Source of the DNA: a bacterium | GTDB lineage: Bacteria > Bacillota > Clostridia > Oscillospirales > CAG-272 | DNA: 64,000 nt | Direction: 5' to 3' | Assembly (NCBI GenBank): GCA_963642885.1 | Contig: CAVIJI010000008.1 | Span: 14,873 to 78,872 of the forward strand | Translations under genes and position numbers: made by a program | Shown here: positions 30,254 through 39,660 of the stretch, piece by piece | Layout of the letters: each line of letters opens with the position of its first letter | Position numbering within the stretch: the stretch's first letter is position 1 | Notes under the pieces: generated by a model | What the model saw: only the letters and a program-made list of their open reading frames with translations | Databases searched by the model: none | Told to the model about the DNA's origin: nothing

Positions 30254-31498
30254 ATGAAAATAACACCTGTAAAAGGCACTTCGGATTACCTTCCGAATGA
30301 AGTTCTCATACGCGACTATCTCCAGAACAGCATTCTCGAAACATATCGTTCGTGCGGCTTCGAGAGAATATCAACACCTATAATCGAAGACATCGAAAAT
30401 CTCGATAAAAGCGACGGCGGTGAAAATCTCAACTTAATATTTAAAATCATGAAGCGCGGCGAGAAGCTCGAAGAAGCTCTTTCGTCTGATAATGTTAATG
30501 AAAAAGAAATAGCCGACATGGGTTTGAGATACGACCTCACTCTTCCTCTGACACGCTACTACTCCAATAACCGTGCCAAGCTGCAAAACCCTTTCAAAGT
30601 TATTCAGATTGACAGAGTATATCGTGCGGAACGCCCGCAGAAAGGCAGAATGCGCGAGTTTTACCAGTGCGATATCGATATAATCGGCTCGGATTCATGG
30701 ACAGCTGAAGTCGAACTCATCACCACTACCGCAAAAGCACTCCACAACATCGGCTTCACCCGTTTCGGAATAAGGATTAACGACCGCAGACTGCTCAAGG
30801 CCATTATAATGGGCGCGGGATTTTCCGAAGCTGACTGTGACTCGATATGCATTTCACTCGACAAACTCGACAAGATAGACTTTGACGGAGTCAAAAACGA
30901 ACTCCTTGAAAAAGGATTCGACCGCAATAAAACAGAAACATTGATAAGCTCTATAAGTGTTTCTCCGTTCACGCTCGATGATGCTGAAAAGCTCTGCGGC
31001 AAGCTCGATTGTATCGACAATCTCAGACACATCATGGATGCCGCAAATTCTCTCGCCGACGGATTCGAGGTAACATATGATATGACACTCGTACGCGGTC
31101 AGGGTTACTACACCGGCACCGTATTCGAAATTTCGAGTCCCGATTTCAAGGGTGCTATCGGCGGCGGCGGAAGATATGACAACCTTATAGGTAAATTCCT
31201 CGGTGAAAGCATTCCGGCTGTAGGTTTTTCAATCGGCTTCGAGCGGCTTTGCGCTATTCTTCTCGAACAGAATTATAAAATTCCCACTCAGAAGAAAAAA
31301 TTTGCCGTTATCTACAATGACGATGAATTCATTGATGCTCTTAAGTATGCGGATTCTCTTCGCGGTGAATATGATGTCACGCTTTGTCAATCCGTCAAAA
31401 AGCTCGGTAAACTTTTCTCAAAGCTTGAAGAAAACGGTTTCTGCGGCTGTCGCGTAATGTCACAGGAAGAAGTTAAGTATTTCGAAAATAAAATTTAA
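30254..31498 (+). CDS. hisS: Histidine--tRNA ligase (class IIa)
   Basis: 414 aa. Motif 2 region GRMREFYQCDIDIIG, GGGRYDNLIGKF, and a C-terminal anticodon-binding-like domain. Confidence 0.8.
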   Translation: MKITPVKGTSDYLPNEVLIRDYLQNSILETYRSCGFERISTPIIEDIENLDKSDGGENLNLIFKIMKRGEKLEEALSSDNVNEKEIADMGLRYDLTLPLTRYYSNNRAKLQNPFKVIQIDRVYRAERPQKGRMREFYQCDIDIIGSDSWTAEVELITTTAKALHNIGFTRFGIRINDRRLLKAIIMGAGFSEADCDSICISLDKLDKIDFDGVKNELLEKGFDRNKTETLISSISVSPFTLDDAEKLCGKLDCIDNLRHIMDAANSLADGFEVTYDMTLVRGQGYYTGTVFEISSPDFKGAIGGGGRYDNLIGKFLGESIPAVGFSIGFERLCAILLEQNYKIPTQKKKFAVIYNDDEFIDALKYADSLRGEYDVTLCQSVKKLGKLFSKLEENGFCGCRVMSQEEVKYFENKI

Positions 31499-31506
31499 AT
31501 TTGCTA

Positions 31507-31535
31507 TTGACATTTTTGGTAATCAGTGATATCAT
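31507..31535 (+). promoter_or_regulatory. Promoter of the Tyr T-box leader
   Basis: TTGACA (31507-31512), 17-nt spacer, extended -10 TGaTATCAT (31527-31535). Confidence 0.7.
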
Positions 31536-31544
31536 ATACATATG

Positions 31545-31833
31545 TTTACAATGCGATGATGGAAAAAAAGTAGCATGAGGTACTCTGCAGAGAGTCGGTG
31601 GTTGGTGAAAACCGATGAAGTTAACTTGTGTGAATACATTTCCGTAGCAGCACACCGAAGGGTTGAATATCTTGTATAACCTGTGTAGGCTGTGACGTCT
31701 GATATACGTTACAATATCGGGGCATTATTTATTAAGTGCCTGCTGAGGCTGTACTTGTAAAAGTGCGGTAAATTGAGGTGGTAACACGGTACATCCGTCC
31801 TCTGCTTGATTAGTCGGCAGAGGACTTTTTTTG
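31545..31833 (+). promoter_or_regulatory. T-box riboswitch, Tyr specifier (UAC)
   Basis: GCGATGA K-turn start. AGAGAGU AG-bulge. Distal loop UUGGUGAAAACC. Specifier loop GAA-UAC-A (UAC at 31635-31637). T-box sequence GAGGUGGUAACACGG. Terminator GTCCTCTGC (31798-31806) / GCAGAGGAC (31818-31826) plus T7. Confidence 0.9.
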
Positions 31834-31908
31834 TTCTCCGCCGATCTAAGAATCATTTCTTATTTTAGAAGGAGGCATAGCCGTACACATAGCAGTACGG
31901 CTGAGATT

Positions 31909-33543
31909 ATGGTAATTACCGATCTTCTCGAAAAAAATGCAAAGCTGTATCCTGATGAAGTGGCATTGGTGGAAATAAACCCCGCAAATCAGCCCGATGT
32001 TAATATTACCTGGCGTGAGTATTCATTAATCGAAGCGACACCGGGTGAAAAATACCGCCGTGAAATGACATGGAAAGAATTCGATACGAAAGCAAATCGT
32101 TTTGCGAATCTGCTGAAAACACGTGGTGTTGAAAAGGGCGACAAGGTTGCCATTTTACTGATGAACTGTCTTGAATGGCTTCCGATTTATTTCGGAATAC
32201 TCAAAACAGGTGCTCTTGCGGTTCCGATGAACTATCGTTACTCTTCAGATGAAATCAAGTACTGTACCGAATTAGCCGATGTATCCGTTCTTGTTTTCGG
32301 TCCGGAATTCACAGAACGTGTATCCACGGTATTCCTCGATATGCCGCTTGTCAAGGATTACTTTTTTGTAGGTAAAAATCCGCCCGAATTCGCGGGAAGT
32401 TATGACAAGCTTGTTACATACTGCTCATCAACAGCTCCCGCTGTCGATTTGAGTGAGGACGACGATGCTGCGATTTATTTTTCATCAGGTACTACAGGAT
32501 TTCCTAAGGCTATACTTCATGCCCATCGTTCTTTAATCAATTCATGTCGTACCGAACAGAATCATCATGGTCAAACCAGAAATGATGTTTTCTTATGTAT
32601 ACCTCCGCTTTATCATACAGGTGCTAAGATGCATTGGTTCGGCAGTTTAATCAGCGGAAGCCGTGCCGTAATTCTCAAAGGTGTATCTCCCGAGTGGATA
32701 CTGCGTACCATATCAAACGAAAAAGCTACGATTGTTTGGCTTCTTGTTCCGTGGGCTCAAGATATACTCGATGCCATTGACAGAGGCGACATTAAGCTCG
32801 AAGATTACCGTCTGTCGCAGTGGAGACTCATGCACATAGGAGCACAGCCCGTACCGCCGTCACTTATTAAACGTTGGAAAGCGATTTTCCCTCATCATCA
32901 ATATGACACGAATTACGGTTTGTCCGAATCTATCGGCCCAGGATGTGTTCATCTCGGAGTTGACAATATCGACAAGGTTGGTGCCATAGGAGTTCCCGGT
33001 TACCTTTGGGAAGCTGACATTGTAGGATCCGACGGACACAGCTGTGCTGACGAAGAAGTCGGTGAATTGATTGTAAAAGGCCCCGGTGTGATGAAATGTT
33101 ACTATAAAAACGAGACCGCTACAAACGAGATTCTGAAAAACGGTTGGCTATATACGGGTGATATGGCCAAGCGTGACAGCGAAGGATTTATTTACCTTGT
33201 AGACCGTAAAAAAGATGTAGTTATCACCGGCGGTGAAAATCTTTATCCCGTACAAATCGAAGATTATTTAAGACAAAACGATAAAATCAAAGATGTGGCT
33301 GTCATCGGGCTGCCCGACACGCGGCTCGGTGAAATAGCGGCGGCAATAATTGAGCTTAAACCCGACGTCACCGCTACCGAAGACGAAATTAATGAATTCT
33401 GTCTCGGTCTGCCGCGCTACAAACGCCCGAAAAAGATTATTTTCGCGGACGTTCCACGCAATCCCACAGGCAAAATAGAAAAACCTAAGCTCAGAGAGAT
33501 GTATTGCGGTGTTTCTCTTGTTGAAGCTCAAACAACAAGATAA
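31909..33543 (+). CDS. AMP-dependent acyl-CoA synthetase/ligase (class I adenylate-forming enzyme), substrate unknown
   Basis: Start moved to ATG 31909, because track start 31831 lies in the terminator U-run. SSGTTGFPKA, YGLSES, GWLYTGDMAKRDSEGFIYLVDRKKD and PTGKIEKPKL motifs. Confidence 0.85.
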   Translation: MVITDLLEKNAKLYPDEVALVEINPANQPDVNITWREYSLIEATPGEKYRREMTWKEFDTKANRFANLLKTRGVEKGDKVAILLMNCLEWLPIYFGILKTGALAVPMNYRYSSDEIKYCTELADVSVLVFGPEFTERVSTVFLDMPLVKDYFFVGKNPPEFAGSYDKLVTYCSSTAPAVDLSEDDDAAIYFSSGTTGFPKAILHAHRSLINSCRTEQNHHGQTRNDVFLCIPPLYHTGAKMHWFGSLISGSRAVILKGVSPEWILRTISNEKATIVWLLVPWAQDILDAIDRGDIKLEDYRLSQWRLMHIGAQPVPPSLIKRWKAIFPHHQYDTNYGLSESIGPGCVHLGVDNIDKVGAIGVPGYLWEADIVGSDGHSCADEEVGELIVKGPGVMKCYYKNETATNEILKNGWLYTGDMAKRDSEGFIYLVDRKKDVVITGGENLYPVQIEDYLRQNDKIKDVAVIGLPDTRLGEIAAAIIELKPDVTATEDEINEFCLGLPRYKRPKKIIFADVPRNPTGKIEKPKLREMYCGVSLVEAQTTR

Positions 33544-33559
33544 ATTATCTATATAAAAC

Positions 33560-33612
33560 AGCAACCCTCACAGGTGATGTACTGTACGTACACCGCTCGT
33601 GAGGGTTTTGTT
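33560..33612. terminator. Bidirectional terminator between the convergent ligase gene and gltD
   Basis: CAACCCTCAC (33562-33571) pairs with GTGAGGGTTTTG (33599-33610). Confidence 0.75.
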
Positions 33613-33616
33613 ATAT

Positions 33617-35098
33617 TTATTCCATGTTGCTGTATTCCATAAGATACTCATCAACCTCGACGGCACATGCCCTTCCCTCGGCTATCGCCCATACTACCAA
33701 CGATTGCCCGCGATGAGCGTCTCCTGCGGTAAACACCTTAGGTACCGATGTTGAATACTTTCCGCTGTCACTGATAAGACAACCACGTGCATTTTTTTGA
33801 ACTCCGAAAGCCTCTGCAACATAGCTCTCACATCCCACAAAACCTGCGGCAATGAGTAAAAGATCACACGGTATTGTTTCCTCGCTTCCGCTAACCTCTT
33901 CCATAATTGTCCTGCCGCTTGATTCGTCCCTTTTCATATTGAGCTTAACAGTCCGCAAAGCCGATATGTGCCCGTTTTCATCGGATAATATCTCCTTAAC
34001 CGTTGTCTCATATATTCTCGGATCACGACCGAATACAACAGCCGCTTCTTCCTGCCCATAGTCATTCTTACAGATTCGCGGCCATTGCGGCCATGGATTA
34101 CCGTCGGTACGTTTATCGGGCAGTTTTTTCATCATTTCAAGCTGAACGACAGATGCGCATTTTTGCCGTATAGCGGTTCCGACACAATCATTTCCCGTGT
34201 CTCCGCCGCCTATTACAACAACATTCTTTCCGAACGCATCAATACCGAAATTTTCTCTGTCACCTATGATTTTTTCGGTCGCGGATGTGAGATAATCTAC
34301 GGCGAAATATATACCTTCCGAATTTCTGCCCGGTACACTGATATCTCTTGCGGTTTTTGCACCGCAAGAAAGTACTACAGCATCGTAATCGCTAAGTATA
34401 TCGGAAGCAGAAACATTAACGCCGACATTGGCACCGCATATAAATTCGACACCTTCTTCACGCATCATATTGACACGTCTCTCGATGACACTCTTATCCA
34501 ATTTCATATTGGGAATGCCGTACATCAATAGTCCGCCGGGCTTAGCTGCTCGCTCAAATACCGTGACCGAGTGTCCTCTTTTATTAAGTCTTTCGGCAAC
34601 AGTCAGACCCGCAGGACCCGAACCGATTACGGCTACTTTCTTACCGCTTCGAACTTTCGGAATCTCGGGCTTTATCCATCCGTTTTTATAACCTTCTTCT
34701 ATAACGGCAAGCTCGTTGTCGTGGATGGTAACAGCATCTCCGTTCATCCCGCATGTACATGCGGCTTCGCATAAAGCCGGGCACACACGTCCCGTGAATT
34801 CGGGAAAGTCATTGGTCTTCAACAGTCTTTTCAATGCCTCCTGCCAATCTCCGTTGTATACAGCATCATTCCACTCGGGAATTAAATTGTGCAAAGGACA
34901 TCCGCTGAACATCCCACCGTATAAAGTACCGGATTGACAGAACGGTACCCCGCAATTCATACATCTCGAAGCCTGTTCACGACGCTGTACCGAATCCAAA
35001 ATAGCGTGAAATTCGTTGAAATTATTAATTCGTTCCGACACAGGAATACATGGAGATGATATTCTGTTAAACTCTAAAAATCCCGTAGGTTTTCCCAT
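33617..35098 (-). CDS. gltD: Glutamate synthase (NADPH) small subunit
   Basis: 493 aa. N-terminal Fe-S Cys cluster (CMNCGVPFC...CP) and the dinucleotide fold VAVIGSGPAGL. Confidence 0.9.
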   Translation of the reverse strand: MGKPTGFLEFNRISSPCIPVSERINNFNEFHAILDSVQRREQASRCMNCGVPFCQSGTLYGGMFSGCPLHNLIPEWNDAVYNGDWQEALKRLLKTNDFPEFTGRVCPALCEAACTCGMNGDAVTIHDNELAVIEEGYKNGWIKPEIPKVRSGKKVAVIGSGPAGLTVAERLNKRGHSVTVFERAAKPGGLLMYGIPNMKLDKSVIERRVNMMREEGVEFICGANVGVNVSASDILSDYDAVVLSCGAKTARDISVPGRNSEGIYFAVDYLTSATEKIIGDRENFGIDAFGKNVVVIGGGDTGNDCVGTAIRQKCASVVQLEMMKKLPDKRTDGNPWPQWPRICKNDYGQEEAAVVFGRDPRIYETTVKEILSDENGHISALRTVKLNMKRDESSGRTIMEEVSGSEETIPCDLLLIAAGFVGCESYVAEAFGVQKNARGCLISDSGKYSTSVPKVFTAGDAHRGQSLVVWAIAEGRACAVEVDEYLMEYSNME

Positions 35099-35111
35099 AA
35101 TTTATCTCCTC

Positions 35112-38100
35112 TTATTTAATAGTTTCGGCAAGATAAAATGCTTTTAATTTAGCCTGTTCATAAGGAATCCCCTTCTCCTCGAGTTTTCCTATGCATATCA
35201 TCATTTTACGATAATCCTCGGGTATAATTTTTTTGAAATTCGGTAAAAACTCATCAAAGTGTTCGAGTACTTTTTTTCCTAAAGCTGAACCTGTCTCCGC
35301 AACATGATTAGCAATCAATTTTTTCAGTTCATCGGCATCATGCTGCTCCGTTATCTCTGTCATCGTCACCATTTGTTTGTTCAGCTTAAGGTATAAATCG
35401 TGATCCGTATCGAGAACATACGCTATACCACCGCTCATTCCGGCCGCGAAATTTTTACCTGTTTTTCCCAAAATCACAGCGCAGCCACCTGTCATATATT
35501 CACATCCGTGATCTCCGCAGCCTTCGACTACGGCAACAGCACCCGAATTCCTTACGCAGAATCTCTCACCTGCGATACCGTTAATATACGCCTCACCGCT
35601 TGTGGCTCCGTATAACGCAACATTACCTATAATAATATTTTTTTCTGCCGCAAAGCTCGAACCATCTTCGGGTTTTACCGTAAGTTTTCCCCCGGATAAA
35701 CCTTTTCCGAAGTAATCGTTTGAATCACCTTTAAGCTTGATTGTCAAACCCTTCGGCAGGAATGCTCCGAATGATTGACCGCCACCGCCGTTTGCATTTA
35801 TGATATATGTGTCGTCTGTTAAAGTATTTCCGAATCTTTTTGTAATAACAGAGCCGAGTATGGTCCCGAAAGTGCGGTTCGTACTTGATACCTTAATGTT
35901 TGTTTCATGTTTTCGGTTGCTCATGAAATATTTTTCGAATTCGGGAATCAAAATCGATTCGTCTATTGTTTTTTCGAGTTCGAAATTATACTTTGCGCTG
36001 TTATCAAAATGATAATATCTTCCGTTGCTCTCCCCCATAAGGCTCGTTAAATCAATCGTTTCAGCACGATGAGTTATCAGCTTGCTGCGGACACGTATTT
36101 TTTCGGTATGTCCCACAAGTTCGTTAACGGTATGAACTCCGAGCTTTGCCATGATTTCACGCAGCTCTTCGGCGATAAATTTCATAAAATTCATAACATA
36201 TTCGGGCTTTCCGCAAAAACGCTTTCTGAGCTCGGGATTTTGCGTTGCTATACCTACGGGACATGTATCGAGATTGCACACACGCATCATTACGCAGCCC
36301 ATCGAAACAAGCGGTGCGGTAGCGAATCCGAATTCTTCGGCGCCGAGTATGCAAGCTATGGCTACATCTCTTCCGCTCATCAGTTTTCCGTCTGTTTCAA
36401 GTCTTACTCTTTCCCTCAGTCCGTTTTTTACAAGTGTTTGATGAGCTTCCGCAAGTCCCAATTCCCACGGTAAACCCGCATTATGTATAGAGCTTCGCGG
36501 AGCGGCACCTGTTCCGCCGTCGTATCCCGAAATCAGAACCACTTCTGCTCCTGCCTTCGCTACGCCTGACGCTATTGTACCGACTCCCGCTTCCGATACA
36601 AGCTTTACCGATATGCTCGCGTCACGATTAGCGTTTTTTAAATCAAATATCAATTGTGCAAGATCTTCTATCGAATATATATCATGATGCGGCGGAGGTG
36701 AAATCAGTGAAACACCTGGTGTAGAGTAACGTGTTTCCGCAATCCACGGATAAACCTTTTTTCCGGGTAAATGTCCCCCTTCTCCGGGCTTAGCGCCTTG
36801 TGCCATTTTTATCTGTATTTCCTTTGCGCTGCATAAATATTCGCTTGTCACTCCGAATCTTCCCGATGCAACCTGCTTTATGGCACTGTTTTTAATTGTC
36901 CCGAATCTTGCGGGATTTTCACCGCCCTCTCCCGAATTTGATTTACCTCCGAGTGTATTCATGGCTATAGCCATGCATTCATGGGCTTCCTGCGATATCG
37001 AACCGTATGACATTGCACCCGTTTTAAATCTCTTGACTATTTCGGAAACAGGTTCGACCTCATCAAGCGGTATTCCTCCGTTTTCATCCCATACAAACTC
37101 CAAAAGGCCACGTAATGTATGAGGCTTTCTTTCGTCATCAACCGCAGCGGTATATTCTTTAAATCTTTCGTATGAACCTGTGTGAGTAGCTTCGCGAAGT
37201 GCTATGATTGTCTGAGGGTTATACATATGATCCTCGGCATTATTATTCGAACGAAGCTTATGTATTCCCGCGCTGTCCGCTGTAGTATCAACACCGAGTC
37301 CGAGAGGGTCAAATGCGTGATTATGGCGCCACTCTACACCCTCGTTTATCTCCGCAAGACCTATACCCTCAACAGGACTTACAGTATTCGTGAAATACTT
37401 GTCGGTGACTGATTTACATATGCCCACAGCTTCGAATATCTGTGCCGATTGATATGACTGAAGTGTCGATATACCCATTTTAGATGCTATTTTAACTATA
37501 CCGTGAAGGATGGCGTTGTTATAATCTTCTATGGCAGTGTGATAATCCTTATCAAGTCTGCCGCTGTCGATAAGCGAAGCAACACACTCCTGTGCAAGAT
37601 ACGGATTTATCGCACGTGCTCCGTAACCGAGCAATGTCGCAAAATGATGTACATCTCTCGGCTCACCGCTTTCAAGAATTATGGAAACCGATGTACGCTT
37701 TTTGGTTCGAATGAGGTACTGCTCCATTGCGGAAACAGCCAGAAGTGACGGTATTGCGACATGATTTTCGTCTATACCTCTGTCTGATAAAATCAAAATA
37801 TTGGCTCCGTCACGGTATTCTCTGTCGCATTCAACGAAAAGTCTGTCTAATGCTTTTTCCAAAGAAGTATTCTTATAATACAGCAATGATACCGTAGATA
37901 CTTTAAATCCCGATTTGTTCATAGAGCGTATCTTCATTAAATCTACGGACGTCAGTATCGGATTGTTAATCTGAAGCACACTGCAGTTATCGGGCTTTTC
38001 TTCCAGTAAATTTCCATCTGAACCGACATAAACCGTAGTATCCGTTACTATTTCCTCACGAAGTGAGTCTATAGGAGGATTGGTCACTTGAGCGAAAAGC

Positions 38101-39638
38101 TGCTTGAAATAATTGAATAAGGGCTGATGTTTCTCGGATAATACCGCTAACGGAACATCACATCCCATTGAAGCAGTTGCTTCGATTCCGTTCTTCGCCA
38201 TCGGTAAAATTGCGTCGTTTATGTCTTCGTATGTATAACCGAATACTTTACACAGTCTGTCTCTTTCCTGTGCGGTATACATGGAAACCTTTTTATTCGG
38301 TACCGAAAGTGATGAAAGTGAAACAAGATACCTGTCAAGCCATTCACCGTATGGTTTACGTGAAGCATAATATTCCTTGCATTCTTCGTCGGATACAATT
38401 TTTTTATTAACCGTATCTACAAGAAGCATTTTACCGGGTTCCAAACGTGACTTGCATACAATATCATCTGACGGTATTTCGAGAACTCCGACTTCAGATG
38501 AAAGGATAAGCCTTCTGTCTTTTGTCACATAGTATCTTGCCGGTCTTAATCCGTTTCTGTCGAGCACAGCCCCTATAATATCACCGTCGGAAAATAAAAT
38601 AGCTGCGGGACCATCCCACGGTTCCATCATGGTTGCGTAATACCTGTAAAGGTCTCGCTTCTCACGGGTCATGTCCGTACTGTTTTTCCACGGTTCGGGA
38701 ATCGTTATCATTACGGCAAGAGGCAACGGAATACCGTTCATTTCGAGAAATTCAAGTGTATTGTCCAGCATAGCGGAATCCGAGCCGGATGCGGATATAA
38801 CCGGATATACCTTGTCCAAATCCGATTGCATCAGTGTCGAACGCATTGTTTCCTCACGTGCGAGCATTCTGTCCGCATTGCCTCTGATTGTATTGATTTC
38901 ACCGTTATGCAAAATAAGGCGATTCGGGTGGGCTCTCTCCCAACTCGGTGTTGTATTGGTAGAAAATCTGGAATGAACCATAGCGATTGCACTTTCGTAT
39001 GATTCGTCCATAAGATCAAGATAAAACCTTCTGAGCTGCTTTACGAGGAACATGCCTTTGTATACAACCGTACGTGACGACAATGAACATACATATGTAT
39101 TGTCATTGCTCTGCTCGAAAACTCTTCGTATCACATACAGCTTTCTGTCAAAATCAAGTCCGCGTGATATATTCGACGGTCGTTCAACAAAACATTGAGC
39201 AATGAACGGCATGGTATTCTTGGCTTTTTCGCCCAAAATCGTGCTGTCGGTCGGAACATCTCTCCAACCGAGCAGCCGTACACCTTCCTTATCGCAAATA
39301 ATTTCAAACATTTTTTTAGCTTGACGTCTTGCAAGAGTATTTTGCGGAAAGAAAAACATACCGACACCATAGTCACGGCTATTCGGCAAATCGAATCCCA
39401 GAGGTTTAACCGCTTTCGAGAAGAAAGTATGTGAAATCTGCAAAAGAATTCCGACTCCGTCACCTGTCTCCCCTGTTGCGTCCTTACCCGCTCTGTGCTC
39501 TAACTTTTCAACAATCGACAATGCGTCATTCACTATCGAATAAGATGCAGTGCCGTCTATGCTGACTACCGCACCTATACCGCATGCATCATGTTCATAG
39601 CTCTCACTGTATAATGTTTTTTGCTGACCATCCGTCAT
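35112..39638 (-). CDS. gltB: Glutamate synthase large subunit
   Basis: Start moved to ATG 39638; track start 39710 overlaps asnB. MTDGQQKTLYSESYEHDACGIG carries the Ntn amidotransferase Cys. FMN and 3Fe-4S regions are present. About 1508 aa. Confidence 0.93.
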   Translation of the reverse strand: MTDGQQKTLYSESYEHDACGIGAVVSIDGTASYSIVNDALSIVEKLEHRAGKDATGETGDGVGILLQISHTFFSKAVKPLGFDLPNSRDYGVGMFFFPQNTLARRQAKKMFEIICDKEGVRLLGWRDVPTDSTILGEKAKNTMPFIAQCFVERPSNISRGLDFDRKLYVIRRVFEQSNDNTYVCSLSSRTVVYKGMFLVKQLRRFYLDLMDESYESAIAMVHSRFSTNTTPSWERAHPNRLILHNGEINTIRGNADRMLAREETMRSTLMQSDLDKVYPVISASGSDSAMLDNTLEFLEMNGIPLPLAVMITIPEPWKNSTDMTREKRDLYRYYATMMEPWDGPAAILFSDGDIIGAVLDRNGLRPARYYVTKDRRLILSSEVGVLEIPSDDIVCKSRLEPGKMLLVDTVNKKIVSDEECKEYYASRKPYGEWLDRYLVSLSSLSVPNKKVSMYTAQERDRLCKVFGYTYEDINDAILPMAKNGIEATASMGCDVPLAVLSEKHQPLFNYFKQLFAQVTNPPIDSLREEIVTDTTVYVGSDGNLLEEKPDNCSVLQINNPILTSVDLMKIRSMNKSGFKVSTVSLLYYKNTSLEKALDRLFVECDREYRDGANILILSDRGIDENHVAIPSLLAVSAMEQYLIRTKKRTSVSIILESGEPRDVHHFATLLGYGARAINPYLAQECVASLIDSGRLDKDYHTAIEDYNNAILHGIVKIASKMGISTLQSYQSAQIFEAVGICKSVTDKYFTNTVSPVEGIGLAEINEGVEWRHNHAFDPLGLGVDTTADSAGIHKLRSNNNAEDHMYNPQTIIALREATHTGSYERFKEYTAAVDDERKPHTLRGLLEFVWDENGGIPLDEVEPVSEIVKRFKTGAMSYGSISQEAHECMAIAMNTLGGKSNSGEGGENPARFGTIKNSAIKQVASGRFGVTSEYLCSAKEIQIKMAQGAKPGEGGHLPGKKVYPWIAETRYSTPGVSLISPPPHHDIYSIEDLAQLIFDLKNANRDASISVKLVSEAGVGTIASGVAKAGAEVVLISGYDGGTGAAPRSSIHNAGLPWELGLAEAHQTLVKNGLRERVRLETDGKLMSGRDVAIACILGAEEFGFATAPLVSMGCVMMRVCNLDTCPVGIATQNPELRKRFCGKPEYVMNFMKFIAEELREIMAKLGVHTVNELVGHTEKIRVRSKLITHRAETIDLTSLMGESNGRYYHFDNSAKYNFELEKTIDESILIPEFEKYFMSNRKHETNIKVSSTNRTFGTILGSVITKRFGNTLTDDTYIINANGGGGQSFGAFLPKGLTIKLKGDSNDYFGKGLSGGKLTVKPEDGSSFAAEKNIIIGNVALYGATSGEAYINGIAGERFCVRNSGAVAVVEGCGDHGCEYMTGGCAVILGKTGKNFAAGMSGGIAYVLDTDHDLYLKLNKQMVTMTEITEQHDADELKKLIANHVAETGSALGKKVLEHFDEFLPNFKKIIPEDYRKMMICIGKLEEKGIPYEQAKLKAFYLAETIK

Positions 39639-39660
39639 ATCTCTACCCTTCCCACCGATT

